From an uncultured Ruminococcus sp. (GTDB taxonomy: Bacteria; Bacillota; Clostridia; Oscillospirales; CAG-382), in contig CAZHBX010000006.1 of the NCBI GenBank assembly GCA_964530795.1, forward strand, positions 512 to 64,511: a DNA stretch of 64,000 nt, given 5' to 3'. The position numbers and the translations under genes are program-made. This document shows, piece by piece, positions 63,322-64,000 of this stretch (its first letter is position 1; each line of letters begins with the position of its first letter). The notes under the pieces were generated by a model. It was given only the letters and a program-made list of their open reading frames with translations. It had not been told where the DNA came from and made no database searches.

Positions 63322-63350
63322 AGTTTACTCCTTTTCCCGGGATTTGTCAA
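63322..63350 (-). promoter_or_regulatory. sigma-A-type promoter of the ATP-grasp pair (TTGACA-17-TAAACT)
   Basis: The reverse complement reads cTTGACAaatcccgggaaaaggagTAAACTg. Confidence 0.5.
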
Positions 63351-63442
63351 GACGCCCGGCGGGCAAAAGGACGGAAAAAGGCGTTTCCTCCCGCCGAAGT
63401 CTGTCAGATTTGAAAAAACTTAGATATTTTCCCACAAAAGCG

Positions 63443-63471
63443 TTGACAAAAAAACGAAAAGATGTTATACT
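63443..63471 (+). promoter_or_regulatory. sigma-A-type promoter of purE (TTGACA-17-TATACT)
   Basis: Hexamers at 63443-63448 and 63466-63471. It lies about 250 nt upstream of the purE ATG. Confidence 0.55.
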
Positions 63472-63613
63472 GACTATACTGTAGGCAATATTGAAAAGGG
63501 ACAGTGCACAGTAGTGTGTTTTCGATTCCCGTGTAAAAGCGCGCAGAAGCCGGCGCAGCCTGCCGTCTTTCCGCTTTATCGTGGCAAAAACGTTTCGAAT
63601 CTCCGTCTGATCT

Positions 63614-63658
63614 GACCGGTTTACATGCCTTTGCGTAAAAAACCGGTTTCTTTCATTT
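63614..63658 (+). terminator. intrinsic-terminator-like hairpin inside the purE leader (possible attenuator)
   Basis: 9-bp stem GACCGGTTT / AAACCGGTT, 17-nt loop, followed by TCTTTCATTT. Confidence 0.45.
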
Positions 63659-63725
63659 GTTGACCGACGCAGGCGGCGTGTCGATATTTTGGACCGGCGG
63701 GAGGGCCGGGAAAGGATTTTTAAGG

Positions 63726-64000
63726 ATGAAGAAAGTTGCCATTGTCATGGGGTCCGACAGCGATCTGCCGGTCGCCGAAAAGGCTGTCGCCGTACTACGG
63801 GAATTCGAGGTCCCGTTTGAGGTACATGTGCTTTCCGCGCACCGAACGCCCGCGGAAACGAAAAAGTTCGCCGAGCAGGCCCGGAGCAAGCGTTTCGGGG
63901 TCATCCTCGCCGCCGCCGGGAAGGCAGCCCACCTTGCGGGCGCCATCGCCGCAAACACCACGCTGCCGGTCGTCGGCATTCCGGTCAGGTCCTCGACGCT
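63726..64000 (+). CDS. purE: 5-(carboxyamino)imidazole ribonucleotide mutase, N-terminal part (3' end outside the window)
   Basis: MKKVAIVMGSDSDLPV..VLSAHRTP..AAAGKAAHLAGAIAANTTLPVVGIP, the canonical PurE motifs. Confidence 0.9.
   Translation, partial: MKKVAIVMGSDSDLPVAEKAVAVLREFEVPFEVHVLSAHRTPAETKKFAEQARSKRFGVILAAAGKAAHLAGAIAANTTLPVVGIPVRSST

Noticed and set aside
63478-63725. A purine, ZTP (pfl) or ykkC/PRPP riboswitch in the purE leader.
   Set aside because: I could not find the conserved aptamer cores by eye. A covariance-model scan is needed before naming a class.

Overview
64 kb chromosomal segment that looks like a high-GC, spore-forming Firmicute. The class-level guess (Clostridia, Oscillospiraceae/Ruminococcaceae-like) is inference from gene content and codon style only. 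I call about 58 protein genes and no rRNA, tRNA, CRISPR array or obvious mobile element.

Most of the window is core metabolism and housekeeping:
- Plus strand: a sodC 3' fragment, a lysine/DAP operon using the aminotransferase route (dapA-dapB-dapF-dapL), an oxidative TCA-branch operon (citrate synthase-aconitase-icd), cwlD, radA and yunB.
- Minus strand: a heterodimeric ABC exporter pair, proC-(spoIIM-like)-xerD, gdpP-rplI-dnaB-tilS-ftsH, parE-parC and trpS.
- Also minus strand: spoIIE and a nine-gene V/A-type ATPase operon followed by radC. The window ends in the 5' end of purE.

Several poorly understood modules are embedded in this backbone. I rank them as follows:
1. A PduL + IscU-like + GGGtGRT operon (43.3-45.7 kb).
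2. A processive GT2 synthase + double cohesin-like surface protein + polytopic membrane protein operon (12.7-16.0 kb).
3. Two translationally coupled RimK-type ATP-grasp ligases divergent from purE (61.6-63.3 kb).
4. A purE leader of about 245 nt with an attenuator-like hairpin but no riboswitch I can recognise.
5. An atypical V-ATPase proteolipid, a DHHW-family protein with a degenerate motif, and the conserved UPF0237/UPF0210 and MBL/DUF3006 pairs.

All functional calls come from reading motifs in the supplied translations. No HMM, BLAST or folding computation was run. Start codons were adjusted by eye using RBS and promoter positions and may be off. The many long antisense ORFs in the track are treated as high-GC artefacts.
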